Shown here: positions 10,743-19,973 of the stretch, piece by piece
Layout: the number at the start of each line of letters is the position of its first letter
Numbering within the stretch: position 1 is the first letter of the stretch
NCBI GenBank assembly: GCA_963837635.1
Contig: CAWINY010000006.1
Coordinates: 725,236 to 789,235 of the forward strand
Source of the DNA: an uncultured Acidobacteriota bacterium
Lineage (GTDB): Bacteria; Acidobacteriota; Terriglobia; Terriglobales; Acidobacteriaceae
Direction: 5' to 3'
DNA: 64,000 nt
The notes under the pieces: generated by a model
The model's input: only the letters and a program-made list of their open reading frames with translations
Databases searched by the model: none
Told to the model about the DNA's origin: nothing
Program-made: the position numbers and the translations under genes

Positions 10743-10838
10743 TCTCTTCCTCGCGGAGCTTAAAGCGTGTGTGCGAATCCTTTGTGCCGTCCCGGCCTAG
10801 GGTTATCACACATGCTCTCAAGTACCGGGGCAACCGCG

Positions 10839-10874
10839 CAAAAGACAAACGGGAGGGCGCATGAGAGCCCTCCC
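10839..10874 (-). terminator. Rho-independent terminator downstream of phoH
   Basis: On the minus strand: GGGAGGGC-tctcatgc-GCCCTCCC followed by GTTTGTCTTTTG. Confidence 0.5.
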
Positions 10875-10891
10875 GCAACTTCTCCTCGATT

Positions 10892-11977
10892 CTACTCCGG
10901 GCGCTGGTCTGCCGCTATACTCTCCTGCCCCGAATTGCTGCTCCCCTTATTCGTAAGCCCACCCAACGCTTCGCGCTCACCGCTGTAGGGGCGCAGTTCG
11001 CGCACATCGAGCGGAAACAGTAACTGGGTTTCGGTTCGGCTCTTGAAGTCGTCATAGGCGCGCACGATGCGTTGCACCAACTGATGCCGCACCACATCGC
11101 TTTCATCGAAGAGCACGAATGCAATGCCCGCGACCCCATTCAGCACGTCCATGGCCTCGACCAGACCGCTGCGTCGCGCGCTAGGCAGGTCAATCTGGGT
11201 AATGTCACCGGTGATGACGCACTTGGAATTGAACCCCATGCGGGTGACGAACATCTTCATCTGCTCGGAGGTTGTGTTCTGCGCCTCGTCCAGGATGATG
11301 AAGGAATCGTTCAAGGTGCGGCCGCGCATGAAGGCGATGGGCGCGACCTCGATCACATTCTTCTCCAGCAGGCGGTCCACCTTCTCCGGTTCCAGCATGT
11401 CGTAGAGCGCGTCGTAGAGCGGGCGCAGGTAGGGATCGACCTTCTCCTGCAGCGTGCCGGGAAGGAAGCCGAGCCGTTCGCCCGCCTCCACCGCGGGACG
11501 GGCCAGGATGATCCGGTTCACGCGCTTGGCCATGAGCGCCGAAATGGCCATCGCTACCGCCAGGTAAGTCTTGCCGGTACCCGCGGGTCCGATGCCGAAC
11601 ACCATGTCGGACTTCTCGATCATGTCCAGATAGCGGCGCTGGTTCATGCTCTTGGGCTGTACCGTGCGCTTACCGAACGAGCGCTGCCGTCCGGCCTCGG
11701 CCAACCCGCGCAGGGTGGCATTCGGGTCGGTGCCCAAGAGGCGCAGCATGGAGGCCAGATCGCCGTTGACGAACGAAAAATTGTTGCGCTGGAGATAATC
11801 GAAGTCGGTGAAGACCTGCTCGGCGCGGGAGACGTCGTGCGGCGCGCCCTCAATCTCCACCGAGTCGGGTTTCAGCTCGATGCTGACGTTGAGTCCGTTT
11901 TCCAGCACGCGGAGATTTTCGTCGCGCGTACCGAATAGGGTCTCGATATTCGGCGTGATCTCGATGTTTTTTTTCAT
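10892..11977 (-). CDS. phoH: PhoH-like ATPase (PhoH/YbeZ family)
   Basis: 361 aa. Walker A '[15 protein letters not shown]'. 'FIILDEAQN' and '[12 protein letters not shown]' motifs. Conserved phoH-ybeY-corC gene order. Confidence 0.85.
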   Translation of the reverse strand: MKKNIEITPNIETLFGTRDENLRVLENGLNVSIELKPDSVEIEGAPHDVSRAEQVFTDFDYLQRNNFSFVNGDLASMLRLLGTDPNATLRGLAEAGRQRSFGKRTVQPKSMNQRRYLDMIEKSDMVFGIGPAGTGKTYLAVAMAISALMAKRVNRIILARPAVEAGERLGFLPGTLQEKVDPYLRPLYDALYDMLEPEKVDRLLEKNVIEVAPIAFMRGRTLNDSFIILDEAQNTTSEQMKMFVTRMGFNSKCVITGDITQIDLPSARRSGLVEAMDVLNGVAGIAFVLFDESDVVRHQLVQRIVRAYDDFKSRTETQLLFPLDVRELRPYSGEREALGGLTNKGSSNSGQESIAADQRPE

Positions 11978-12496
11978 TCAGGAGCTGGCGTTTTCCTCCC
12001 TCGCGTTATGCACCCCGGTAAACACGCGCTGCCCGGCGTCGCGACTGCCCAAACCCCCAAACCGCCCGCGATCCCACGCAGTGCAGAGCGCTCGGGGACA
12101 AAATTTGGACATGAGTTGTTCTGGATTTGCTAGAGGCCGGGTTGCTCGCCACCAAAGGGCTCGCATTGAGCACAGCGTACCCTGACCCGCTGCCGGAGTC
12201 AATGCTGAAGACGGCTTCCCACGGGATGCACATCCCACAAACTTTAGATGTGGCGTAGCGGTATTTGGGAGGCAAAATTGCGAGCAGACAGGACTGCTGT
12301 CCCGGCAATATGGATCGGTTGAGAGAACCTTGCCGCGGATTGACGCGGATTAAAGGCGCGCGGATTAGCACCGAATCGTTCCCAAGTCATCAAGACATTC
12401 GGAAAAGATCAGCGTGGATCGGTCTCCATCCGTGAAATCTGCGGTATGGCTTTCCAGCGCGGTGACCGGATAAACGCCCGGCGTGTCCCGGCAACA

Positions 12497-12525
12497 TTGC
12501 CGCCCTGCCGCCGCTCATTTATACT
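12497..12525 (+). promoter_or_regulatory. Candidate sigma70-type promoter for rpmH (TTGCCG-N17-TATACT)
   Basis: Read directly. About 70 nt upstream of the rpmH ATG. Sequence match only. Confidence 0.35.
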
Positions 12526-12597
12526 CTGGGATTGCCCCAGGCTGTTGATGATCTTCTGGGAACGCTATCTTGTTGAGTTAGGAGTACTAGGTTTTCC

Positions 12598-12753
12598 ATG
12601 CCCAAGCGTACATTTCAACCCAACCGGCGGCACCGGTCCAAGGTTCACGGCTTCCGTTCGCGCATGAAAACGAAGAGTGGCCAGGCGGTCCTGTCGCGCC
12701 GCCGCGCCAAGGGACGCAAGCGCGTCTCGGTCAGCGCCGGATACCGTGACTAG
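12598..12753 (+). CDS. rpmH: 50S ribosomal protein L34
   Basis: Not in the ORF track (51 aa). Hand translation gives [51 protein letters not shown]. Confidence 0.9.
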   Translation: MPKRTFQPNRRHRSKVHGFRSRMKTKSGQAVLSRRRAKGRKRVSVSAGYRD

Positions 12754-12769
12754 GATTGTGGTCGAGTCC

Positions 12770-13312
12770 ATGGAGCGCCCGCCGGATCCCCAAAAACCCG
12801 CTGCAGTTGCGAGTCTTGGGGCGGAGCAGGCGGCCGAAGCCGATTCTCCTTTGAAGGCTCGGTTTCCCGCCTCGGTCAGGCTGCTCAAGCATGCTGATTT
12901 CGAGCGCGTCTACAAGCAGGGACAGCGGCAGTTCTCGACGAACCTTACCGTTTTCTTCTTGGGGCGTTCGGAGGGCAAGGGCGCGCGCGTCGGTTTTACC
13001 GTGAGCCGCGCCTTGGGCGGGGCCGTGGACCGCAACCGCATGAAACGGCGGCTGCGCGAGGCGGTTCGCCTTCACCTGAATCTGCTGAAGAAGCCGACGG
13101 ACGTCGTCATCAACCCAAAGCGGTCGGTCCTGCGCGTCGAGTTCGGCCAGATTCTCGCCGAGATCGAGCGGGCCTTCGCGGCGGTCGAGAAGCGGTGGGT
13201 CACCATGAAGGCAGATGGAGTGAGTCAAGCGGCTCCGATGCGGGCGAAGCGCCCCTCGGGGAGGAAGCCGGGCATCCCCGCGCAGCGAGTGGTGGGAAAG
13301 AAGCAGCGATGA
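12770..13312 (+). CDS. rnpA: Ribonuclease P protein component
   Basis: 'LLKHADFERVYKQGQR...VGFTVSRALGGAVDRNRMKRRLREA' (RNR motif). Start set to the first ATG after the rpmH stop. Has a basic C-terminal tail. Its stop overlaps the yidD ATG (ATGA). Confidence 0.8.
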   Translation: MERPPDPQKPAAVASLGAEQAAEADSPLKARFPASVRLLKHADFERVYKQGQRQFSTNLTVFFLGRSEGKGARVGFTVSRALGGAVDRNRMKRRLREAVRLHLNLLKKPTDVVINPKRSVLRVEFGQILAEIERAFAAVEKRWVTMKADGVSQAAPMRAKRPSGRKPGIPAQRVVGKKQR

Positions 13313-13581
13313 AAGCCGTCGCGCAATTCGTGCTTCGTGCCTACAAGCGTTGGCTCTCGCCGATGTTGCCGGCCAGCTGTCGCTATGTTCCGACTTGCTC
13401 GGAATACGCCCTGGAGGCGATTGAAATCCACGGCGTGCTGCGCGGAAGCCTGATGGCCGTGGCCCGCCTGCTGCGCTGTCATCCGTTCGGCAAGAGCGGC
13501 TACGATCCGGTGCCACATCCGCAGGGCTTGGCAGAATCGCAGACGATGTGTCCACACGCCCGAAACCAGGCGGCCGGTTGA
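13309..13581 (+). CDS. yidD: Membrane protein insertion efficiency factor YidD
   Basis: 'YKRWLSPMLPASCRYVPTCSEYALEAIEIHG...RLLRCHPF..GYDPVP'. Track ORF trimmed to the ATG at 13309. Confidence 0.85.
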   Translation: MKAVAQFVLRAYKRWLSPMLPASCRYVPTCSEYALEAIEIHGVLRGSLMAVARLLRCHPFGKSGYDPVPHPQGLAESQTMCPHARNQAAG

Positions 13582-13770
13582 TTAAGAACTGGTAGGAAAC
13601 CGAAACACCAGCCCGCCCAGCGGGCGACGGAATTTGGCCCCGGGCGACAGCCCGGGGTAAGCTGGGCTAAGCAGTCGAGCCCCTTCAGGGGCGAGTGGCC
13701 ACGGGCCGTGATCGTTGAATTCGAGAAGCGCTCCTAACCACGGAGGGCTGATCGCTGAGAGCTGAAAAGT

Positions 13771-15516
13771 TTGAGCGAATTTAAAAACCCCAATCAAGAT
13801 CCCGGCATGGAGCGGCGCCTGCTCCTGGTGTTTGCGCTCACCTTCGTCATCCTGGTGGCGGTGCAGCCGCTGATGCGCAAGTACGCTAAGCCGCCGGCAG
13901 AGCCTGTTCGCCAGCAGCAAGCGCAACCGGAAGCAGCAGCCCCGGCCACTTCCAATACTCGTAGTACTTCGGCAGCGTCCGCCAAGGTTTCTGCTGCGCG
14001 CGCTCCCGCCGCGCGCCAAGCGAACGCGGAATCCGAAATCGTGGTCGAGAACGGCCTCTATCGCATCACGCTGACGAACCGGGGCGGCGTGGCGAAGTCT
14101 TGGGTGCTCAAAAAGTATCAGAACGACAAGGGCGCGCCCCTGGAACTGGTCAACGAAGTGGCGGCCTCGAAGTATGGCCTGCCGCTTTCCTGGTGGAGCT
14201 ACGACGACAATCTGAGCAACCAGCTGAACTCGGCGCTGTTCGTGACGAGTGCCAGCGGCACCCTGCAGGCTCCGGCGGAGGTGACCTTTGAGTACGCCGA
14301 AGGCGACCTGAACGTGCGCAAGACCCTGCGTTTCGACCACAGCTACGAGGTGAAGGTCGAGGCCGAGGTGACGCGCAACGGCCAGCCACTGGAAGCCTTG
14401 ACCGCGTGGCCCGCCGGGTTCGGCGATCAGACGGCGAGCCCCTCCTATGCGGCGGCAAACGTCGCCATCGATCGCGGCGACAAGGTGGAGCGCCACGATG
14501 CCGGCAAGGTGGTAGGCGGCAGTACGCTCCGCGGACCGTTCTACTGGGGCGGCGCCGCCGACCAATACTTCGCCGCAGTGTATATCCCGGATCGGCCGGA
14601 ATCCGCAGTGCTGGTCCCGCTGCACCAGCAGATCGAGATCCCCAAGAACCTGGACAAGCCCGACCCGAAGGACATGGCCCCGGTCCCGGTCGTAGGCGCG
14701 GCGGCAGGAAGCATCAGCGGCAGCTCCAGTGGCCGCTGGTTCGTCGGGCCGAAGAGCTTGGTCGTGCTCAACGCGGTCAATACCGGCGGCGGGCGCGATC
14801 TCGGTACCATGGTCGATTTTGGCTATTTCGGCGTGATTGCCAAGCCGCTGTTTCTGTGGCTCAAGTGGACCCAGGCCCACTTGATTCCGAACTGGGGATG
14901 GGCCATCGTCTTTCTGACGGTGGTCATCAATCTGGCTCTGCTGCCGCTGCGCATTACCAGCATGAAATCGTCGCTGAAGATGCAGCGCGTTCAGCCGCAG
15001 ATGAACGCCATCAAGAACAAGTACAAGGGCATGAAGGTGAACGATCCACGGCGCCAGGAGCAGAACGCCGAGATCGCCGCACTATTCAAGGAACATGGCG
15101 TCAACCCGGCGGGGGGCTGCTTCCCGATGTTGATCCAGATGCCCTTCCTGTTCGCCTTCTACAAGATGCTCGCCGTGGCCATCGAACTGCGGCACGCCCA
15201 TTTCCTGTGGATCCACGACCTGTCAGCGCCGGACGTCTTGCACATTTTGCCGGTCGCGATCGTCGTCTCCACGTTATTCATGCAGAAGATGACGCCGACT
15301 CCGGGCATGGACCCCGCGCAGCAACGCATGATGACTCTGATGATGCCGATGATGCTGGGCTTCTTCTCGTGGAATGTGGCATCCGGCTTGGGGGTGTACT
15401 GGCTGGTGGGCACAGTGATCGCCATCCTCCAGCAGTACGTCATGAACCATAGCGAGTTGGGCGGCGAAATGCGTGCCCTGGCCGAGAAACGGGCTCGTAA
15501 AGGCCAGGGCAAGTAG
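13771..15516 (+). CDS. yidC: Membrane protein insertase YidC
   Basis: 581 aa. Large periplasmic domain followed by the conserved C-terminal core ('GWAIVFLTVVINLALLPL...MQRVQPQM..IKNKYK...NPAGGCFPMLIQMPFLFAFY'). A TTG start at 13771 or an ATG at 13807 is possible. Confidence 0.9.
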   Translation: MSEFKNPNQDPGMERRLLLVFALTFVILVAVQPLMRKYAKPPAEPVRQQQAQPEAAAPATSNTRSTSAASAKVSAARAPAARQANAESEIVVENGLYRITLTNRGGVAKSWVLKKYQNDKGAPLELVNEVAASKYGLPLSWWSYDDNLSNQLNSALFVTSASGTLQAPAEVTFEYAEGDLNVRKTLRFDHSYEVKVEAEVTRNGQPLEALTAWPAGFGDQTASPSYAAANVAIDRGDKVERHDAGKVVGGSTLRGPFYWGGAADQYFAAVYIPDRPESAVLVPLHQQIEIPKNLDKPDPKDMAPVPVVGAAAGSISGSSSGRWFVGPKSLVVLNAVNTGGGRDLGTMVDFGYFGVIAKPLFLWLKWTQAHLIPNWGWAIVFLTVVINLALLPLRITSMKSSLKMQRVQPQMNAIKNKYKGMKVNDPRRQEQNAEIAALFKEHGVNPAGGCFPMLIQMPFLFAFYKMLAVAIELRHAHFLWIHDLSAPDVLHILPVAIVVSTLFMQKMTPTPGMDPAQQRMMTLMMPMMLGFFSWNVASGLGVYWLVGTVIAILQQYVMNHSELGGEMRALAEKRARKGQGK

Positions 15517-15562
15517 CCGTCGGCCGCCAGGTAGGCCGATGGTGGTTGCGGGTGTTCTGTGT

Positions 15563-15666
15563 GTCATCCTGACGCTGAGCGCAGCGAAGCGGAAGGATCT
15601 ATGGATTGATCCTTCGAGTGGGCGAAATCCATAGATTTTTCGCTCCCTTGGGTCGCTCAGAATGAC
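15563..15666. repeat. MITE/REP-like inverted-repeat element (GTCATCCTGA..GAGCG ... CGCTCAGAATGAC family)
   Basis: Terminal arms are inverted and an inner palindrome GGATCTATGGATT/AATCCATAGATTT is present. Related copies are at 33948-33989, 49027-49117 and 53445-53572. Confidence 0.6.
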
Positions 15667-15717
15667 AGCTCTGTGGTTGTATCGCGAAGTTGCTGGACTA
15701 TAGCTGAGCATCCTCAC

Positions 15718-16257
15718 ATGCCGATCGAAGACAAAATCGCCGCCGCCAAAAGAATCGACGCGCTGCTGCGCGGGATCATTACCACCTCGGGTCTGCGCCT
15801 GCGCTACCGCATCGCTGTGGACCCTCCCATGGCCGAGCAGCGCGACTGGGAGCGTCCGGTCATCCTGGTCGATCTCAGCGGGCCCGACACCGATCTGTTG
15901 CTGGAGCGCGGCGCCGAACTGCTGCGCGCCCTGGAGCACCTCGCCATCGAGATGCTCCGCCTGCCGGGCAACGAACACGAGAAGATCAGCTTCGACGCCC
16001 GGAACTATCGTGCCATGCGGCTCGAGGAGCTGCGCCTGGCCGCCCAAATGGCTGCCGAGCGCGTGCGCAAGAGCGGAGCCCCGTACACCTTCAGCCCTAT
16101 GTCTTCGCGCGAGCGCCGCATTCTGCACCTCGCCCTGCGAGACGAATCCGACCTGCGCACCGAAAGCCAGGGAGAGAGCGGACGCCGCGCGGTGGTAGTG
16201 CTTCCAAAGGACTACAAACCGCAGCAGACACGCCGCCCTTCGTTCCGGCGGCGATAA
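15718..16257 (+). CDS. Jag/KhpB-like RNA-binding protein (KH + R3H domains)
   Basis: C-terminal R3H-like 'FSPMSSRERRILHLALRDESDLRTESQGE..RAVVV'. Conserved position downstream of yidC. Trimmed to the Met at 15718. Confidence 0.7.
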   Translation: MPIEDKIAAAKRIDALLRGIITTSGLRLRYRIAVDPPMAEQRDWERPVILVDLSGPDTDLLLERGAELLRALEHLAIEMLRLPGNEHEKISFDARNYRAMRLEELRLAAQMAAERVRKSGAPYTFSPMSSRERRILHLALRDESDLRTESQGESGRRAVVVLPKDYKPQQTRRPSFRRR

Positions 16258-16402
16258 GCCGTCTTCCAGCAGCGGCCGGTTGCCCCGGTCGTAGCCGGAG
16301 CCGCACGATCTGCTGCGCGAAATAGCGCGTCCAACGCCCTTCGCGGGCGCGCGCGGTTACCATACAATGCTGCTTTTAGCTCCGTCCTTTATAAGGAGTC
16401 CC

Positions 16403-17020
16403 ATGGACGCAACTGGCACTTCCTCCCGCGACCGTCTACTGCAGGCCGGCAAGCACCTGTTCGCCACGCGCGGATACGAGAACACCAGCACGATGATGAT
16501 CGCCCGCACCGCCGCCACCAGTGAATCGCAACTGATGAAGCACTTCGGCAGTAAGGACGGTTTGTTGGAGGCAATCTTCGACCACGGCTGGACCTCGATG
16601 AAGGACCGCTTCGCGGCGGCGCTGCTGGCGCCGGCCCCAGTGGAGCGCTTGCGCAGGCTGCTCGACGAGATGATCGCCTGGCTCGATCGCGATCAGGAGA
16701 TGAAAGAGTTGATGCTGCTGGAGTCTCGCAGGCTAAAACGCGAGGGTCAACCGGTGCTGATGGCCGCGGGCTTCCTCAGTTTTCTGAACGCGATCGATAC
16801 GGTCTTGGCCGATATGCGCGCGGCCGGCCAACTGCGCTCCGATCTTCGTCCCGAGGTGGTGCGCTCTGCCCTGTTCGGCATGGCTGAAGGCATGTTGCGC
16901 GACCAGGTGGTCGCCCGCCGAATGAACCAGCCCCCCACCTGTTCTTCGGAAGAAACGCGGCAGATGCTGGAGGTTCTCTTACCGGCACTGCAACCCAAGC
17001 AGAAGGCGGCGGCGGGGTAA
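16403..17020 (+). CDS. TetR/AcrR family transcriptional regulator
   Basis: N-terminal HTH 'RDRLLQAGKHLFATRGYENTSTMMIARTAATSESQLMKHFGSKDGLLEAIF'. Confidence 0.8.
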   Translation: MDATGTSSRDRLLQAGKHLFATRGYENTSTMMIARTAATSESQLMKHFGSKDGLLEAIFDHGWTSMKDRFAAALLAPAPVERLRRLLDEMIAWLDRDQEMKELMLLESRRLKREGQPVLMAAGFLSFLNAIDTVLADMRAAGQLRSDLRPEVVRSALFGMAEGMLRDQVVARRMNQPPTCSSEETRQMLEVLLPALQPKQKAAAG

Positions 17021-17171
17021 GACGTGAAAAACCTGCGCGACAAACTCAACCGGCAACTGTGCTTCGGATGGCAATTGCAGTATTCAGGTGAAAACGCTTG
17101 CAGGATTTGTATGATGGTGGTTCACTGCCCTGACATAAGGCTGGTTCGTTTCAGTTGATTAGAGGTGTCGC

Positions 17172-18341
17172 ATGGGCCATCGCACGCTGATGTCGCTTAC
17201 TGTAATCCTCCTTTTCGGCGCTCTGCTGAGCATCGGGGTGATTGCAAAAGCGCAGCTACCTACCTTGCACCCGAGCGAGGAATCGAGCGAGAGCGTGACG
17301 CCGCGTACCCCGCCGCCAGTGATCCTTGCAATGCAGGAACCGGTGAGAAGTTCCGCCACCCCAATGCTTGCAGAAGGAACGGTGATTCCACTGCTCCTTA
17401 CGCGTGAAGTTAAAGTGAAGGAAGCGCAACCTGGGGACACCGTGGATTTCGTCCTCAGCCAGGACCTCTGGTATCGCGACACGCTCGTCGCCCGGCGTGG
17501 TACACCTGTCCAGGTGGTTGTGCAGACAGCGGAAAAGGCAAAGTGGCTGAGCCGCGGGTCTAGGCTCGGTTTCGACATTCAGAGTTTGAAATTGCTCAAC
17601 AGCGGCCTCGTTCCACTGCGAGGCGAATTCATTACCAAGGGCGGGATCAATTCAGTTTCCGGTGGAGCGTTCTCCGTTGCTGGCGAGGGAAGCGGGGGAA
17701 GCAGCGCAAGCGGACTCGCCTCCGGAGGCGGAGGAGTAGTCGACGCCGCAATCATGGCTGCCCCGTTGGTGGTTGGAGCATTCGGCTTAATCGCTCCTGG
17801 CAAGAACCAAGATGCCCGGGCCGGCGATCGGGCAGATGCGTGGGTTGCGCAAGATGTCGCGCTAGATATGGATTCCTTCCGTGCTTTGCAATCGGCGCGG
17901 GACCCAGTGGCGACAGGCAAAGTGCAAGTCGTGCGCGCCTACTTCGGTAGGCTCGTGAACCGTGATCTTTACTGCAACGGAATCCCTCTCGCTCACCTAA
18001 CCGGCAATCGTAAGTATGTCGCTGACTTTAAGCCGGGCTGGTACCGCTTTGCCATCCATCCGAAGAAACCGCCGGTAGAAATTTTTGTTGTTCCCGGAGA
18101 TGTTTATACGCTGGTTGCCCTTCCTGACTCCATCCGTCTCGTTGACTCAGAATTCAGCAGTGACGCGACGCACAAAGTCAAGTTGTTCAGTCTCGGCTCC
18201 GGCATAGTACCGAGGTCTGCTCAGGAAATGGTGAACGATGCGAAACCGGTGAACAAACTTGACCTGTACGGCGACGCCAGCCAGTGTGAACCGTTAGCTG
18301 AAGAGTTTGTGCCCGCAGCCGCGCCCACAGAAGCGCCTTAG
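17172..18341 (+). CDS. Secreted hypothetical protein with Gly/Ser-rich linker and DUF2846-like C-terminal domain
   Basis: Signal peptide 'MGHRTLMSLTVILLFGALLSIGVIAKAQ'. The C-terminal 'VQVVRAYFGRLVNRDLYCNGIPLAHL..FKPGWYRFAIHP' resembles DUF2846. Function is unknown. Confidence 0.5.
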   Translation: MGHRTLMSLTVILLFGALLSIGVIAKAQLPTLHPSEESSESVTPRTPPPVILAMQEPVRSSATPMLAEGTVIPLLLTREVKVKEAQPGDTVDFVLSQDLWYRDTLVARRGTPVQVVVQTAEKAKWLSRGSRLGFDIQSLKLLNSGLVPLRGEFITKGGINSVSGGAFSVAGEGSGGSSASGLASGGGGVVDAAIMAAPLVVGAFGLIAPGKNQDARAGDRADAWVAQDVALDMDSFRALQSARDPVATGKVQVVRAYFGRLVNRDLYCNGIPLAHLTGNRKYVADFKPGWYRFAIHPKKPPVEIFVVPGDVYTLVALPDSIRLVDSEFSSDATHKVKLFSLGSGIVPRSAQEMVNDAKPVNKLDLYGDASQCEPLAEEFVPAAAPTEAP

Positions 18342-18371
18342 CAGTGCGTGTGAACCGTCCCCCTTGCTAGC

Positions 18372-18887
18372 CTACCCCCCGCTCGCATGCCCGTCACTCG
18401 CTCTGCCATTGAGCTTTGCCAGCGCGTTCAGCACGTCGGAGTTGGGAGGAGTCTCCCCCAGACCGTACATCTTGAACCATGCGATCTTGCCCTGCTTGTC
18501 CACGATGAAGACGGCGCGTTCGCTGATTCCGGGCAGAGGAGGGCCTTCGCGCAGCACGCCGTAGGCCTGCGCCACCGCGCCATGAGGCCAGAAGTCGCTC
18601 AACAGCGGATAAAAGACTTTACCGATCTCAAAGCGCTGCCAGGCGATATGAACGAAATAGGTGTCCGGACTAATGCCCACGACCTGGGCATCCTGCTCGG
18701 CAAACTTGGCCGCATCGGCCTGGTATGCCGGCATCTGCACCGCTCAAGCGGGGGTGAAATCCGCGGGATAGAAGGCAAGGACCGTGTGCTTGCCGCGCTG
18801 CTCGCTTAGCCGGAATCTGTCGCGGCGCTCGCCGATCACACCCTGCAGTTCGAAATCCGGAGCTTCGTCGCCGATCTTCAACGGCAT
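18372..18887 (-). CDS. AhpE-like 1-Cys peroxiredoxin, predicted selenoprotein (in-frame UGA = Sec at codon 48)
   Basis: The track ORF 18372..18740 lacks the N-terminus. In the same frame, ATG 18887 (SD GAGGTG upstream) encodes MPLKIGDEAPDFELQGVIGERRDRFRLSEQRGKHTVLAFYPADFTPA. Next comes TGA (18744-18746), then AVQMPAYQ... The Prx active-site motif FYP.DFTP.C therefore has TGA where the peroxidatic Cys should be. The downstream 'FYPLLSDFWPHGAVAQAYGV' is AhpE-like. Confidence 0.75.
18709..18732 (-). promoter_or_regulatory. Candidate bacterial SECIS hairpin
   Basis: mRNA GCC(G)GCAU-ACCAGGCCG-AUGCGGC. It has 7 bp with one bulged G and a 9-nt GG-containing loop, and starts 12 nt after the UGA. Folded by hand only. 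Confidence 0.35.
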
Positions 18888-19021
18888 TCTCACCTCTCAC
18901 CAACATTTTATTGGCAACGCTGGCGCCGCAGCAAGTTCCGCGCAGGGTGTCTCCTCGGTAGTTTTTCCGAGCGAGCCGGGAATGTTGCCGTCCTACGGGC
19001 TAAAATCAGCTTATCGAATCT

Positions 19022-19768
19022 ATGCGAGCCTTTTTCCGAGTAGTGCTGCTGGTGCTGGTGCTGATGTCGGTGGCTTTGGTGTCGGCGCTGACCGCCATGC
19101 GCTTCGCCATCCACGGGCGTCAGGTGGCGGTGCCCAAGTTCGTGGGCATGTCGCTGGGCCAAGCGGGGGCCGTGGCGCAGGACAACGGTTTACTCCTGAC
19201 CAGCGATGATCGCTACTACAGCGCGGAAGTGCCCGAGGGCAAAGTGATGTCGCAGTCGCCTGCTCCGGGAACCGAGGTGCGGCGGGGGTGGCGGGTCCGT
19301 TTGGCCGAAAGCCTGGGGCCGCAGCGGGTCGAAATCCCGAACGTCGGCGGCCAGAGCGTTCGGGCAGCGGAGATCAACCTTGGACGGCGCGGACTGGAGC
19401 CGGGGACGGTCGCGATCGCGCACCTGCCGGGATTGCCCGTCGATCAGGTGGTCGCCCAGGATCCTCCACCCAGCGCGGGTGGCGTGACCTCTCCCAAGGT
19501 CAGCTTGCTGGTGTCCGCAGCCAACGATGCCGGTGGGGCCTACGTCATGCCCGACTTCACCGGCCAGACTCTGGCCGAAGCCAAAATAGCCGTCGAGGAT
19601 GCCGGATTCAAAATGGCTCCGGCAACCCTTTCCCTGGCGCTCACCAATGGTTCGTCACCCAAGAGCAAGCACGCAGCAGCGTCGGACCTCATCGTGCGAC
19701 AGACGCCGGTGGCCGGACAAAAGATCGAGGCTGGCGCAACCATCTCGTTTCAGGTAGCAAAGCCCTAA
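19022..19768 (+). CDS. PASTA domain-containing membrane-anchored protein (three PASTA repeats)
   Basis: N-terminal TM 'VVLLVLVLMSVALVSALTA'. Repeated 'VPKFVGMSLGQA', 'IPNVGGQSVRAAE' and 'MPDFTGQTLAEAK' PASTA starts. Confidence 0.75.
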   Translation: MRAFFRVVLLVLVLMSVALVSALTAMRFAIHGRQVAVPKFVGMSLGQAGAVAQDNGLLLTSDDRYYSAEVPEGKVMSQSPAPGTEVRRGWRVRLAESLGPQRVEIPNVGGQSVRAAEINLGRRGLEPGTVAIAHLPGLPVDQVVAQDPPPSAGGVTSPKVSLLVSAANDAGGAYVMPDFTGQTLAEAKIAVEDAGFKMAPATLSLALTNGSSPKSKHAAASDLIVRQTPVAGQKIEAGATISFQVAKP

Positions 19769-19852
19769 TCCAGGTTTGTCATGAATGCCCCTCCGATGGG
19801 GCTCTGTATGAAAGGCACGCCTTCAGGCGTGCCGTAAGGGTAAGGGAGAACC

Positions 19853-19872
19853 CGGCTTTAGCCGCTGAGGGA
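19853..19872. repeat. 20-nt REP word CGGCTTTAGCCGCTGAGGGA (copy 2) within a cluster of GC hairpins
   Basis: Identical to 10286-10305. Neighbouring hairpins are GGCACGCC-ttca-GGCGTGCC and GGCACGGC-tgaa-GCCGTGCC. Confidence 0.7.
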
Positions 19873-19973
19873 CAAGCACCTCAGGGCCTAAAGGCCCGGT
19901 TAATTACTGTGCGTTGTCGGCACGGCTGAAGCCGTGCCCTTTCAAAGCCCGACCACATCGATCGGAAACAGTT

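Noticed and set aside
11978-12597. Replication origin / DnaA-box cluster next to rpmH
   Set aside because: Only a weak single match (GTTTATCCGGT) was seen. There is no dnaA or dnaN in the window and no AT-rich unwinding element.
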